Assembly (NCBI GenBank): GCA_047625245.1
Contig: JBLHQQ010000001.1
Span: 1-49,955 of the forward strand
Length of the DNA stretch: 49,955 bases
From: Candidatus Azotimanducaceae bacterium
GTDB taxonomy: Bacteria > Pseudomonadota > Gammaproteobacteria > Pseudomonadales > Azotimanducaceae
Direction: 5' to 3'
The translations under genes were made by a program, and so were the position numbers. The notes under the pieces were generated by a model. It was not told the DNA's origin. It was given only the letters and a program-made list of their open reading frames with translations, and did not search any database. Each line of letters opens with the position of its first letter. Within the stretch, counting starts at the first letter, position 1. Below, in pieces: positions 9,999 to 20,631 of this stretch.

Positions 9999-11279
9999 TC
10001 AGGCAGCTTTAACCTCGGCTGGTTTAATCCCAGAGGTTCTAATACCAGACGGTCTTCGGCTTAGGAAAGCATTCAATGTTTTAGGTCCTCCTGAAGGAAG
10101 GACAGCAACTCTGCGGAGCAATTTGGAGTACGTCGTGACTATCGCCATCATACCGAGGAAATAATACTCAAAATAGGAACCATAAAAGGACTGCTGGAGA
10201 AGATTTGCGATCATACCACATGCCAAGAGCGCCAGAAATTTGTTATTTGTCTTCAGCAACTTTTTCAGCTCTACGAACCACATAAGCAGCAAACCACCGA
10301 GCAAAACTGCAGATTGCATACCCCCTATCACACTCCAATTGAGGAGAGTCAGTGTTGAATTCCCAAGTGTTTGGGTTGCCTCTTTTGAGTCGAACATTTT
10401 CGACACTGTAGCTTCATCGTAGCCGTACGGACGGTCGTAAACCATTTGAATTTTTGTCAGAATCCCCAAAATCCTGCTCGTACTGGAGCCTGACTTATCA
10501 AACATCCAAGACAAAAACTCCGTATTCAGGCTATAAATGATATACCCAATAATTACCAGAAAAGGAAAGACCAACATGGCAGTTTTGCCACTATTGCGAG
10601 TATACAAAATGTACACCAGTACACCGCAGGCAATGGAAAAAAACGAAAATACAGAAAAGGTGCTTAAAATCGCCACAACGATTAAGTAGAAGACTATTTT
10701 GTACAAGAAGATATCTTTGCTGTAGTAGTAGCTCAAAAACAATGAGGGTGTCAGAAAGTAGGCAAGCCTGTTTGTTTCCGTAAAATATGAAATCGTCCTG
10801 AAGTAACTCTTATCATTACTGAAACCCGCCAGGATGTTGAAATCTCGACTACCACCACTTTCAACAAAATTGATGCTATCGTAAGGTAAGGTTACATCAA
10901 ACAGCATCAGTATGATGAGTATCAGTGCCTGAAGACCTAAATAGGCACTTAACAACAGTCCAGTCTTAATGAATTGGTCCATGAGCCGGGGATATTGATA
11001 AAAAGATGCACAAAGAAGCACAAAAAATATTGTCCTAAGCACATAGGAATGAAAAAGCAGACCATTGATGTAGCAGTAGATCACAGCAACAGCAGCCATC
11101 ACAAAAAAATAGCCAGCGAAGTTGCCAACCTTCCTAAAACCTAAAACACCAAATACACCGACGGACAATAGCAGGAGAAAATTTTTCAGATAAACCGCAG
11201 TGAACGTCGAATAGCCATAAAGCATGTTCGGCCAATGCAACATGATCGACGCCATTACGACATATATAAGGTATCGCAT
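9999..11279 (-). CDS. wzy: polytopic membrane protein, probable O-unit polymerase
   Basis: 426 aa, about 10-12 hydrophobic segments, visibly AT-rich. Called from position in a Wzx/Wzz locus; no diagnostic motif beyond topology. Confidence 0.6.
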   Translation of the reverse strand: MRYLIYVVMASIMLHWPNMLYGYSTFTAVYLKNFLLLLSVGVFGVLGFRKVGNFAGYFFVMAAVAVIYCYINGLLFHSYVLRTIFFVLLCASFYQYPRLMDQFIKTGLLLSAYLGLQALILIILMLFDVTLPYDSINFVESGGSRDFNILAGFSNDKSYFRTISYFTETNRLAYFLTPSLFLSYYYSKDIFLYKIVFYLIVVAILSTFSVFSFFSIACGVLVYILYTRNSGKTAMLVFPFLVIIGYIIYSLNTEFLSWMFDKSGSSTSRILGILTKIQMVYDRPYGYDEATVSKMFDSKEATQTLGNSTLTLLNWSVIGGMQSAVLLGGLLLMWFVELKKLLKTNNKFLALLACGMIANLLQQSFYGSYFEYYFLGMMAIVTTYSKLLRRVAVLPSGGPKTLNAFLSRRPSGIRTSGIKPAEVKAA

Positions 11280-11570
11280 AAGCTAGTCTTTAGTTCGTCG
11301 ATGTCTAATGAAATCACAATGTTCCAGCCAGTCAAATTGATTAGAGTCCGCCGCTGGGGACTGAAACACTCTAGATGGCATCATCAGGGCTCGTCAGCGT
11401 GGATTGCGGTCGCTCTCCACGCATCAAACGAACCCACGCTTCTACGTTCAGGTTTATCATACAACCACTCACATTGTACATCACTGAACGAAGAAGCCTC
11501 GCTACAAAACTCACCGAAAACCTACTATAAACCAGGTAATCTCCACCAAGACGCAACGGAGGCACTTCTC

Positions 11571-12173
11571 TTATTTAATAAATCGCATTAAATAATTACC
11601 GACAACATGGTCGATGATCATATGTCCGTCCTCGACGGGGCCATATTCACCTTTCTCAGATGGGATATGGACGGTATGGTCCACCAAAGGGCGCAGCTTT
11701 CCGCCGTCAAATCCAGTGAGCCCAATGGTTTTAGCACCAATCTTCTTCGCATACTCGATTCCTCGTATGACGTTGCCTGAGTTGCCTGAGGCAGAAATTG
11801 CGACCACGACATCATCCTTCTTAAGCAGCACTGCCAATTGCTCATAGAAAATATTATCGTAACCGTTGTCGTTGCCAATGGCGGTAATGACGGCGAGATT
11901 GTCACATAAACTCACTGCTCTAAAAGGCTTTTCAAAAGAACGTGTACCTATGGATATATCATTGGCGAAATGTGATGCTGTCGCTGCGCTACCGCCATTA
12001 CCGATAAAGTAAACTGTTGAGCCTGCTTGCCTTGCCGCTAAAAGGACGTCAACAAACGCAGCGATTTCACTGCGATCGATTTTCGCGAGCACTTGAGTCA
12101 AGTAACCCAGGTAAGAATCAACAAAGTCTGTACTATTGGCTGTTTCCGAAAAAATTCTATCTACGTTGTTCAT
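11571..12173 (-). CDS. SIS-domain sugar-phosphate isomerase, divergent GmhA-like
   Basis: 200 aa. VYFIGNGGSAATASHFAND, AIGNDNGYDNIF and ISASGNSGN motifs. Confidence 0.8.
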   Translation of the reverse strand: MNNVDRIFSETANSTDFVDSYLGYLTQVLAKIDRSEIAAFVDVLLAARQAGSTVYFIGNGGSAATASHFANDISIGTRSFEKPFRAVSLCDNLAVITAIGNDNGYDNIFYEQLAVLLKKDDVVVAISASGNSGNVIRGIEYAKKIGAKTIGLTGFDGGKLRPLVDHTVHIPSEKGEYGPVEDGHMIIDHVVGNYLMRFIK

Positions 12174-12422
12174 CTGAATGTTCCTTTAAATCCTCAAATT
12201 GAGATTTCATGCACAGCACGATGCATGCTAACGAATATTTACCCATAACCAAATGCAAACTGAGCCTATACTGGACAATTAATAGATTCACTGATCAATA
12301 TAATGGGCCGTGATAATCAATTTTCTGTCGCTATACACCTCCAATAATGAAAAGTGTGGGGCTACCAATACTAAGCTCCTGAGCAACCTCTAAACGACCT
12401 ACCCAAAAGCTGTCATCTACCA

Positions 12423-13958
12423 TCATGTTCGCGTTCCCAGACCCACACTTTGTGAGATCAGCGCTACCACTCGCCCAACGTAGTGTTTTTCTGTTGAATC
12501 CAACACAACAAGATAGATGAACAGGGCATACGACAAGTATTCAACCCCACCCTCCACAACCAGTCCCAACAATGAACTGTCACTAAAAATGGGGCCTATC
12601 AAGACCGCTACAGAGTAGGGTACAACGCCTAGAATAGCCAGACATAACATTCGCGCAAGAAACGGTAACGTTGGTATCTTAAAGTAGGCCAAAAATATTG
12701 CGACCGACACAGGGACGATAACCAGTAAGCCGACACTGCGACTGCTTGCTATTGCAAACAGGCCAAACTGATCCACTGTCGCTAATATGTACAAGGTGCT
12801 AATGCTGAATATTATCCAACCAAAGGAGGAAAATAGCCCCATTCTGTAGTTAATACCCAGAAATATCGAATTTCCATGGCTGATAAATAGCGAAAGCAGG
12901 GGAACCAGAAACAGAAACTGCATCAAATAGCCGTATTGTACGTAATCTATACCTACCCAGATTTCGATAATGTTATTTGTCAGTAAAACTAAACAGGTAA
13001 TGAATGGGACAAATATGAGCAGATTGAGTTTCAGACCGACAATGAACAGCCGATCTGTGGAACCCGCCCCACGAGTTGTCGATAGCTCACTTGCAACGGG
13101 GACAACAACAGCATTACCAAAACCAATGATGGTCTTCGCCAGATTCGGAACCTTTGAGACAATATCGTAGATCCCCAGCGCTGCTGGTGTAAGAATAGTT
13201 GTCACGAAAAATTTTGGAGACTGATTATACAAGACGCCGGCAATGCCTCCCGAAAAAAGCGCACCGCAGTACCTAAGAAACCGCAATTGCGTAGAACGTT
13301 CATGGCTCAAAGTGAATGAATATTTGCCATTTTTGAAGTTAAAAACCAGTAAACTGACTAAAAACGTCACAACATGCATCAAACTCAGCGCCTTAATAAC
13401 CTCTACATAACCATAACCGAAATGCAGGAGCGCCAATACGGAAAGGAAATATAGCAAGTAGCTGGATGTGTCTATCAACTTCGATGTCATAAACTGCTGC
13501 AATCCCTCGAGGTAGCCAAGCAGCACAAGATTAAAGAACTGGAAGTATACCGCGGCGATCACAAAATCAAACGCCCCTAAATAGTCATCGAGAAATTCGA
13601 GGGGTACGTTAAACACTGTTTGCAGCAAATAGACCTTGAAGCTGTATAGAAACAGTACGATCAATGAACTTATCAAAAAATAGAACACCAGCGCGCTATT
13701 GAGTAAAACGCTAATCTTCCTATCCTCGTGGGAGGCAGTAAACTCTGCTACAAACTTCGTCATTGCAGATTGAATACCACAAATAAAAATCCCTAGGACA
13801 CCATTACGAACAGAAAAGAACACTGTCAAAACGATCAATCCGTACTTTTCAGTGCCGACCGACGCTAATAATATTGGGACAAGTAAAAACCCAAGAAAAG
13901 AAGTCAACAGACTGTTAGATAGAACAGCAAATGTGTTTTTAACCATCTTGTTTATCAT
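12423..13958 (-). CDS. wzx: oligosaccharide-unit flippase (MOP/Wzx family)
   Basis: 511 aa, about 12-14 TM segments, N-terminus KNTFAVLSNSLLTSFLGFLLVPIL typical of polysaccharide-biosynthesis MOP proteins. 4-nt overlap with the upstream gene. Confidence 0.75.
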   Translation of the reverse strand: MINKMVKNTFAVLSNSLLTSFLGFLLVPILLASVGTEKYGLIVLTVFFSVRNGVLGIFICGIQSAMTKFVAEFTASHEDRKISVLLNSALVFYFLISSLIVLFLYSFKVYLLQTVFNVPLEFLDDYLGAFDFVIAAVYFQFFNLVLLGYLEGLQQFMTSKLIDTSSYLLYFLSVLALLHFGYGYVEVIKALSLMHVVTFLVSLLVFNFKNGKYSFTLSHERSTQLRFLRYCGALFSGGIAGVLYNQSPKFFVTTILTPAALGIYDIVSKVPNLAKTIIGFGNAVVVPVASELSTTRGAGSTDRLFIVGLKLNLLIFVPFITCLVLLTNNIIEIWVGIDYVQYGYLMQFLFLVPLLSLFISHGNSIFLGINYRMGLFSSFGWIIFSISTLYILATVDQFGLFAIASSRSVGLLVIVPVSVAIFLAYFKIPTLPFLARMLCLAILGVVPYSVAVLIGPIFSDSSLLGLVVEGGVEYLSYALFIYLVVLDSTEKHYVGRVVALISQSVGLGTRT

Positions 13959-14443
13959 TCAGAGGCTAGATTTTTCAATATCTTCGCCGGCACTCCACCC
14001 GCAATGACGGAAGAAGGCAAATCCTTCGTCACGACTGAACCGGCAGTAATGATAACGTTGTCTCCGATGGTTACCCCACCAATTATCGTGACGTTGGTGG
14101 TTATCCAGCAACCCGAACCGATTTTGATGTCATGCCCATGTTCTGGAGATTCTGCTACCTCAAGGTTAAAGTTTTTACGATGATACAATTTTTTTCTCAT
14201 TCCCCCTTCAAACTCATGAATACCCGTAGCAAGAACACAATTATGGCCAAATATTGTGTCATCACCTATTGCTACATTGCCGGAAGATACATTGATGACG
14301 GTATTGAGTAGTGATGTCCGTTTCCCCAATAGAACGCGGCTTCGCTTCCCATGAATGTAGGGTCGCCGGCCGGAATATTTTCGAACAAAATCGATCAACA
14401 CTCCCATGACGACTTCAACAAATTTTTGCCAAACTTTTAGCAT
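13955..14443 (-). CDS. left-handed beta-helix (hexapeptide) acetyltransferase, probable O-acetyltransferase
   Basis: 162 aa. Hexapeptide repeats IGSGCWITTNVTIIGGVTIGDNVIITAGSVVTKDLPSSVIAGGVPAKI. Confidence 0.8.
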   Translation of the reverse strand: MLKVWQKFVEVVMGVLIDFVRKYSGRRPYIHGKRSRVLLGKRTSLLNTVINVSSGNVAIGDDTIFGHNCVLATGIHEFEGGMRKKLYHRKNFNLEVAESPEHGHDIKIGSGCWITTNVTIIGGVTIGDNVIITAGSVVTKDLPSSVIAGGVPAKILKNLASE

Positions 14444-14447
14444 TTTT

Positions 14448-15800
14448 TCACGATTTTTTAGCCATAATTTTGTCTATCCGATCAATCGCAGTATCAATTG
14501 CACGGTCTTCAAAAAACTGGCGCAGATGCTCATAATCAGCCATCTTCTTTTGCGGCTCATGAATGGTCGTGAACATTTCCGCTAATTTGTCTTCAAAATC
14601 AGCTTCATTCGTGAAATATTTGAGCCCTTGGTAATATTTTTCGAGAACCGGCCACTGCCTATGGACAAACTGCTGGAGTTCAGCAGCCACCACCATCGTC
14701 GGGATATTGTAGGCTATGGGCATTGCCAGGGACGTAGTGAACTGTGAAACAACCATGTCCACTCTGGGTAACAGTTCATAGAAGGACTCATAGGTTATGG
14801 CATAACCCGTCAAGCCTACCTGATCCAATATTTTCCTATTCTCCGGTTCACTGCTCGAAGGATGCGGTTTTATGACAATGTTCACAGAGTAGCTTAGCTT
14901 ATCGACAACGTTTTTAAGCATCCTGTAGAAGCGCACAACCTCCTCGTAATCGAGGGTAAAATGATCATAGCCTTGTGGACGGACTTTACCTTCAGGCAAG
15001 CACTTCCGGGTCATCACCAAACAAGTAATACCATCGCGATCATCTGCATCTTGACGAATATGGTTCCACCATCGACTATCAAGGCTTGGGTAACCAATCT
15101 TAATGAATTGTGTCTTGTGCTCCATGGCGACCTCCCACGGCGTCCCAAATTTAAAAGGCATCCAGTGCTCTGTATAACTCGGCATCAAATTGCTGTTGTG
15201 TTCATCGAACCTGCAAAATTCATCAGTAGCATGGATATAATGAGGTGCATGGGGCAGAAGGATGACGGGCTTTCGCTCTTTCTCAAAATACCTGTAGAGC
15301 TCATCACGACCATAACAATCTGTGACGGTTCTGTTATCAAATAGAATAATGTCGGGCGCCAGCGAGGGTAGAATTCGCTTGGCCCGGACCAACAATGCAG
15401 ATATGCGTAACTCTACCGGTTTCATGTACCGAACCAGGACCGATTTGAGCACCTTACCAAAATTTCTAAACTTATCACGCCTCAGTTCAACCAGGCTTAA
15501 CTTGTCAGAGTAGGATCGCTCGAAGAAGCGCAGGATGAGGGCTTTGAAAACGGCTGGAACGCCAACAATAAACGAACTGTAGTCGTACTGCTGGATGTCA
15601 TTCTCACAGCAAAACTCTTCCAGGAAAATTGAATCCCTTAGAATTTGTTTCTTGTTAAGTGTCGTATACAGTATAGAGATTTTAGCCGTCGGATATTTCT
15701 GTCGGATACCCCATAACACTGGGAGAGAATAGTCCAGAGTACTCGTATTCTTCATTACAATTTGCAGAACGTGCATTGGCTTGGCGCTCGTTAACGTCAT
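14448..15800 (-). CDS. uncharacterised GT-B-like protein with xHP motif (candidate ulosonic-acid or phospho-alditol transferase)
   Basis: 450 aa. VIKPHPSSS followed by VDMVVSQFTTSLAMPIAYNIPT, a pattern seen in sialyl-, Kdo- and TagF-type transferases. No other recognisable motif. Confidence 0.45.
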   Translation of the reverse strand: MTLTSAKPMHVLQIVMKNTSTLDYSLPVLWGIRQKYPTAKISILYTTLNKKQILRDSIFLEEFCCENDIQQYDYSSFIVGVPAVFKALILRFFERSYSDKLSLVELRRDKFRNFGKVLKSVLVRYMKPVELRISALLVRAKRILPSLAPDIILFDNRTVTDCYGRDELYRYFEKERKPVILLPHAPHYIHATDEFCRFDEHNSNLMPSYTEHWMPFKFGTPWEVAMEHKTQFIKIGYPSLDSRWWNHIRQDADDRDGITCLVMTRKCLPEGKVRPQGYDHFTLDYEEVVRFYRMLKNVVDKLSYSVNIVIKPHPSSSEPENRKILDQVGLTGYAITYESFYELLPRVDMVVSQFTTSLAMPIAYNIPTMVVAAELQQFVHRQWPVLEKYYQGLKYFTNEADFEDKLAEMFTTIHEPQKKMADYEHLRQFFEDRAIDTAIDRIDKIMAKKS

Positions 15801-16789
15801 AGCCCATCAATTACTTGATTCAGTATCTGCAATGTATCTCTATTTATTCCTACTCTACGCTCGCAAGAAGCTGAATCCCTTGGTACTGCAAGCACCTTTA
15901 CCCCAATATAGTCTAGTTGACGATAGTCACATTCGAACAAGCAATTTCGCATTGCTTCGGCAGTCATCAAGGAATCTGGTTCAAAATCAACGATACCAGG
16001 CTCACGGGCGACCGGCAGGTGTAAGTCTGTCCATTGACCATAGGCCGACTCAACGGCGCTTGTGCCCGAAAAAATCAGACCTCGCAGCACGCCTTTTTCA
16101 AAAGCCTGCCTGACATGTTGAGCTGCACCATCTGGATGGCGATGCTCAATCACGGACCTCGCCCAATTTATAGTCATACCAACCTCAATAGCAGATGCGG
16201 CAAAGAGCTTTTCAATGGTCTGCAGCTCTTCTTCGATATTCAGAAAGCCTTTAACAGGTTTACTTTTAGTCCTGCCACTGTCGCAATGCTCAATGGCTAA
16301 CTTCGCGCCATCCCACTGGTAATTCGACATTGTCTCCAAAGACCGATACAGCGCATCAGCAGAACTGGAAGCAGTCGGGTGAGACAGCGCCGGGGAGGTC
16401 GCCACAGCAACGCTGACCACGGACCTCCGACCAAAATAATCATTAAGGGTACGAACCGCTGCTGCTGCTTTACTATAAAAAGTCAGAGCCGCTTGCCTAC
16501 CCTCCTCATTATTTGAAGCGAGGCCGAAATGGGGGTTCAACACGAGACCATCCATATTGCCTGGCAAGCACGTAATCGCAAACTCCCAGTGGTCCGCAAG
16601 TAAACTGAGAAAAAGTTTACTATCATGAGGATGAACTCCGTCACCCCAAAAAGGCAGCTCTAACCCACGAATAGTCCCTAATTCCTCGGTCATTGCCCTC
16701 ATATAGACAGTTTCAGCCTCGGCGTCCCAAACCTGAAGTGTCGGGGACGTTGCGTAAGCTCCAACCATGTACCTACTAAAATCAGCCAT
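15797..16789 (-). CDS. hypothetical protein, possibly a TIM-barrel enzyme
   Basis: 330-aa ORF coupled at both ends (ATGA overlap downstream, 8-nt overlap upstream). I recognise no motif with confidence. Confidence 0.5.
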   Translation of the reverse strand: MADFSRYMVGAYATSPTLQVWDAEAETVYMRAMTEELGTIRGLELPFWGDGVHPHDSKLFLSLLADHWEFAITCLPGNMDGLVLNPHFGLASNNEEGRQAALTFYSKAAAAVRTLNDYFGRRSVVSVAVATSPALSHPTASSSADALYRSLETMSNYQWDGAKLAIEHCDSGRTKSKPVKGFLNIEEELQTIEKLFAASAIEVGMTINWARSVIEHRHPDGAAQHVRQAFEKGVLRGLIFSGTSAVESAYGQWTDLHLPVAREPGIVDFEPDSLMTAEAMRNCLFECDYRQLDYIGVKVLAVPRDSASCERRVGINRDTLQILNQVIDGL

Positions 16790-17480
16790 TTAGATACTGA
16801 CCTCCATTAAGATCAAGTCCGCAGCCGGTCATATAGGTATTATCACGGCTCACGAGGAATGCTATGGCTTTAGCTACTTCGAGGGGTTCTACAATCCGTT
16901 GCAGGGGTATTTGCTGCTCTACTGTGCGCAACAGTTCAGGATCAACATTAGCGATCAACATCGGCGTAGCTGTCATACTCGGAAACACGGAGTTAATTAA
17001 GACACCGTCTACCGCAAATTCAATCGCCAGTTGTTTAACAACGCCACTCAGTGCAGATTTGCTGGTGGTATACTCAAACCCTGAAAATTGACTAAAGCTT
17101 CTGGCTGCTAGCGAATTCACCACAACTACCCGTCCCTTTGAGGCTTTCAATTGTTTGTAGGCGTGTTTCAGACACAAGAGCAAACCAGTAACATTGGTCG
17201 CCATGATGGCATTGAGGACCGCAGGATCAAAATCCTCTATAGATTGCTTTTTTGCAGTAATCCCCGCCGCATAAACAATACCTTCAAGAGGAGTATCCGG
17301 GTCAGAAAAAAACGCCTCAATACTCGCTTCGTCGGTAACATCAACCAACCGACTCGACCCACCAACACTCATTTCCTGCAGTTGGCGTCGGCCGCCTACA
17401 ATGGTATCGTATCCCAGTTCGCACAGATACTTTGCGGTCTCAAGACCAATACCAGATGTCCCCCCTATAACGGCTATCAC
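16782..17480 (-). CDS. classical SDR oxidoreductase
   Basis: 232 aa. IAVIGGTSGIGLETAKYL and YTTSKSAL motifs. Confidence 0.85.
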   Translation of the reverse strand: MIAVIGGTSGIGLETAKYLCELGYDTIVGGRRQLQEMSVGGSSRLVDVTDEASIEAFFSDPDTPLEGIVYAAGITAKKQSIEDFDPAVLNAIMATNVTGLLLCLKHAYKQLKASKGRVVVVNSLAARSFSQFSGFEYTTSKSALSGVVKQLAIEFAVDGVLINSVFPSMTATPMLIANVDPELLRTVEQQIPLQRIVEPLEVAKAIAFLVSRDNTYMTGCGLDLNGGQYLNG

Positions 17481-17482
17481 TC

Positions 17483-18622
17483 TCAGGCGTCACTGTCGCG
17501 AGGATAAACATGAGCCACATCTGAACGGCTTACGGCCATTCGAATTGCAGGCTTATTGCCACTGGCGGTTATTTTATGCTTACGCCCCTTCTGCATAAAT
17601 ACAATCTCACCTTTCTTGACAATTTTTACTTCGCCTTCAATTTCCCACTCCCATTCACCGTCGACGATGTACCACCATTCATTCCAATCTGGATGATAGT
17701 GGCGCCGGTTACCTTCCCCGGGCAATTGCGAAATGACGGTCATAGAATTACTGTCGGTGTCTATCACACGCTTGCTCCATGACTTGGAGGAATCCATCGA
17801 TTCAATTAGATCTTTGACCACAACAATCTCTTTATTGACGTCGTAGAGGTCATTAAACTCAACACCGTCCTTCTTAAGTATACTTTCGACATGAGCCTCA
17901 GAGTGATCTGAACTTGCTTCATCATAATATTCTATAGCTGCCGCGGTGTTCTGTTTTCTTGCGCTGATTATTGCCTGGGCTAGTTGGAAATCCTCCTCCC
18001 TGTCGATATCAATAGTTGACAGTCCTCTCAACTCAAAGTAGCCAGCCTTGCCGTCACCACCATGATATGCGGCGCCAAATTTTTCCATATTTTCCTGAAA
18101 ACTAGGGTAAGTCCAGCCCATCAGTGCAGTAGCATAAGCCATCACCGGTTCCATCGTCTGCGACGGCGGATTCACCTTACACATCTCAAAATTTATTGGC
18201 TCACCTTTATAAACGCTGGCAATCTGGTTATGTTCAACCGACACAAGTGTATCCAATTTCTGGTCTATCATCGCTTTCACAAACTCACGAATTTCAGAAA
18301 CTGATAGCAACGGCGAAGTAGGTAAAATTTGAATCAGAATATCGCCTTCAACATTCTTCATAAAGTCGAGGGAAAACTGGTCGTTTGTCGCCTGGTCGCT
18401 TGAAAAAACTTCTGGGCGCTTATAGAAGCTGATGCCCTTTTCCTCAGCGATGAGGCGAAAAACATCTGCTTCAGAGTTAAGATAAATTTCATCAAAAGCA
18501 TTCGAAGCCATCACACTTTCTATGATGTAAGAAATCAAAGGCTGACCGTCAATCAACCGGAGGTTCTTCTTAATTATTCGTTTACTGCCCAGGCGGGCTG
18601 GGATCATCGCAATTATTTTCAT
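17483..18622 (-). CDS. NeuA/KdsB-family cytidylyltransferase fused to a C-terminal cupin domain
   Basis: 379 aa. N-terminus MKIIAMIPARLGSKRIIKKNL..ILPTSPL (CTP_transf_3 type). C-terminus GNRRHYHPDWNEWWYIVDGEWEWEIEG..GRKHKI (cupin HxH..E..H pattern). Confidence 0.8.
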   Translation of the reverse strand: MKIIAMIPARLGSKRIIKKNLRLIDGQPLISYIIESVMASNAFDEIYLNSEADVFRLIAEEKGISFYKRPEVFSSDQATNDQFSLDFMKNVEGDILIQILPTSPLLSVSEIREFVKAMIDQKLDTLVSVEHNQIASVYKGEPINFEMCKVNPPSQTMEPVMAYATALMGWTYPSFQENMEKFGAAYHGGDGKAGYFELRGLSTIDIDREEDFQLAQAIISARKQNTAAAIEYYDEASSDHSEAHVESILKKDGVEFNDLYDVNKEIVVVKDLIESMDSSKSWSKRVIDTDSNSMTVISQLPGEGNRRHYHPDWNEWWYIVDGEWEWEIEGEVKIVKKGEIVFMQKGRKHKITASGNKPAIRMAVSRSDVAHVYPRDSDA

Positions 18623-19545
18623 TTTAAGCCTTTCTCGTATTCAATTAGTGATTCGATGGCACTTCGACCCATTGCCAATACTGACTCGATAGAATTGCCA
18701 CCGATATGCGGCGTAGTGATTAAATTTTCGATAGCAATCAGTTCTGCATTCTCGGGGGGTTCTTCATAATAAACATCAATTGCGGCGCCTGCAATCTGCT
18801 GGCTTTGCAACGCGTGCTTTAACGCTTCAAGGTCAATCAACTCTCCTCTAGCAGTATTCAATACAAGCGCAGAAGGCTTCATCATTCCAAATGCCTGTGC
18901 GTCGATAAGATGATCCGTCGAATCGTTCAAGGGTGTGTGGACAGTTATAATATCGGCCTCGCGATAAAGCACCTCTTTCTCAACATGTATAACCCCAACT
19001 GATGCATAATAGTCTTGCTGGTCAAGAATATCGTTCACTAGGATTTTGCAGTGGAATGGCTCAAGTAAACGGATGAGTTCTTTACCGATATGTCCGACGC
19101 CAATGATACCAATGACTTTTTCACTTAAATTTGCTCCACCACTCTTGTTCCAATTTGCCGCTTTCAACTGGTTTGATGTCAGATACAGATTACGAATCAA
19201 CATAAGCATAAAGCCAATCGCCATTTCAGCTACAGACAGCTTATTAACACCGGCTTGCCAGGCCACTTTCACGCCTTTCTCTTGACAGTAGGCAATATCA
19301 ACATTATTCAGACCGACACCGTACTTGGCCACGATTTTCACACCCGGACAGGCATCTATAATATCTTTATTAAAATCTTCTAAGCCTATTATCACAGCAT
19401 CTGCGTCAGCTATGAACTCAATCAGTGCCGAGCCGTTGTAACGCTCACCTGATTCGTTTATTCGCACGTCATCAAAGTATTCACCCAGTTCAGCGATCAG
19501 GGTATCATTGATGGAAAATGCCTTATTGGGAACCGCTATTTTCAC
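18619..19545 (-). CDS. D-isomer-specific 2-hydroxyacid dehydrogenase (PGDH-like)
   Basis: 308 aa. IGIIGVGHIGKEL, LNTARGELID and TPHIGG motifs. Confidence 0.85.
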   Translation of the reverse strand: MKIAVPNKAFSINDTLIAELGEYFDDVRINESGERYNGSALIEFIADADAVIIGLEDFNKDIIDACPGVKIVAKYGVGLNNVDIAYCQEKGVKVAWQAGVNKLSVAEMAIGFMLMLIRNLYLTSNQLKAANWNKSGGANLSEKVIGIIGVGHIGKELIRLLEPFHCKILVNDILDQQDYYASVGVIHVEKEVLYREADIITVHTPLNDSTDHLIDAQAFGMMKPSALVLNTARGELIDLEALKHALQSQQIAGAAIDVYYEEPPENAELIAIENLITTPHIGGNSIESVLAMGRSAIESLIEYEKGLK

Positions 19546-19572
19546 TTAATATCTCCAGAAGGTTTTCCCAAT

Positions 19573-20631
19573 TCAAGCATTTTGGTAATAGCCTGATTGG
19601 TCGTATATCGCCTCAATAAGTTCCATCACATTCATTGCGTCCGAACTGCGACCGTGAAGAACAGCTTTGTTACCATTAATCGCGTCAGCAAACTCATTGA
19701 TTTCAAGTTGCCATGAATCATCTTGCTCAAAGTTCATCACAATCTCATCAGGCTTGCCCATTGCATAGGTAATGTGTTCTTTTTCGCTTTTACCAATAAT
19801 CAACCGTTCCGGCGCATAACTTCTGGTTTCCGATAGAATACCGTCAAGATTCAGATAGCCATGTTCAAACATGATTTCAAGTAAGAACTTGTGTCGCCAC
19901 TGGGTAGCTGAGGAATGAATGGTACTGATCAGACCATCTTTTGTTTTCATCATGACGAAAGCATTGTCTTCCGCTTCAACATCCCAGTGAGCATTTGTTA
20001 GATATGCGTGAACGTCGGAGAATTTTTGACCGGAAAAATACAGCATAAGATCCAACATATGGATACCTTGATCCATCAATATTCCGCCACCGGAATATTG
20101 GCGATAGTTTCGCCACTCCTTGTGATAATCAATACTGCCGGCCTTACCATAGACACCGCGCATCCAGAGAATGTTACCCATCTCTCCGCTATCCATGATT
20201 TTCTTCGCCTCAATTACAGAATAGTGAAACCGATGGTTGAAGCCATATTTGAGGATCAAGCCGGTACTGTCTTCAATACGCCTAACAACCTCCAGCTCAG
20301 CTACGGTTTTTGCCGGGGGCTTTTCGCAAAAGACATGAAAACCTGCCTGAAGGCCTTTTGCTGCGTACTCAGAAGCTACACTATTAAATGCACAGATAAC
20401 CAACGCATCGATATCCTGCTTCAGCAAGTCATCGAAACTGGCACACCCAACCACGTCAGCTAACCCATCAAGCACACTCTCGTTAATATCAAATACGGCT
20501 ACCAATTCCATATCAGCATGGGCCAGAACTGCTTTCGCCCTGATTTTACCCATTTTTCCAAATCCTGCTATCCCAACCCTGATCAACGCTTGTGTCTCCC
20601 TTAATTTATTATTAGCTACCACGTTGCTCAA
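19573..20631 (-). CDS. Gfo/Idh/MocA-family oxidoreductase
   Basis: 352 aa. IRVGIAGFGKMGKIRA Rossmann start and CEKPPA motif. Confidence 0.85.
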   Translation of the reverse strand: MSNVVANNKLRETQALIRVGIAGFGKMGKIRAKAVLAHADMELVAVFDINESVLDGLADVVGCASFDDLLKQDIDALVICAFNSVASEYAAKGLQAGFHVFCEKPPAKTVAELEVVRRIEDSTGLILKYGFNHRFHYSVIEAKKIMDSGEMGNILWMRGVYGKAGSIDYHKEWRNYRQYSGGGILMDQGIHMLDLMLYFSGQKFSDVHAYLTNAHWDVEAEDNAFVMMKTKDGLISTIHSSATQWRHKFLLEIMFEHGYLNLDGILSETRSYAPERLIIGKSEKEHITYAMGKPDEIVMNFEQDDSWQLEINEFADAINGNKAVLHGRSSDAMNVMELIEAIYDQSGYYQNA

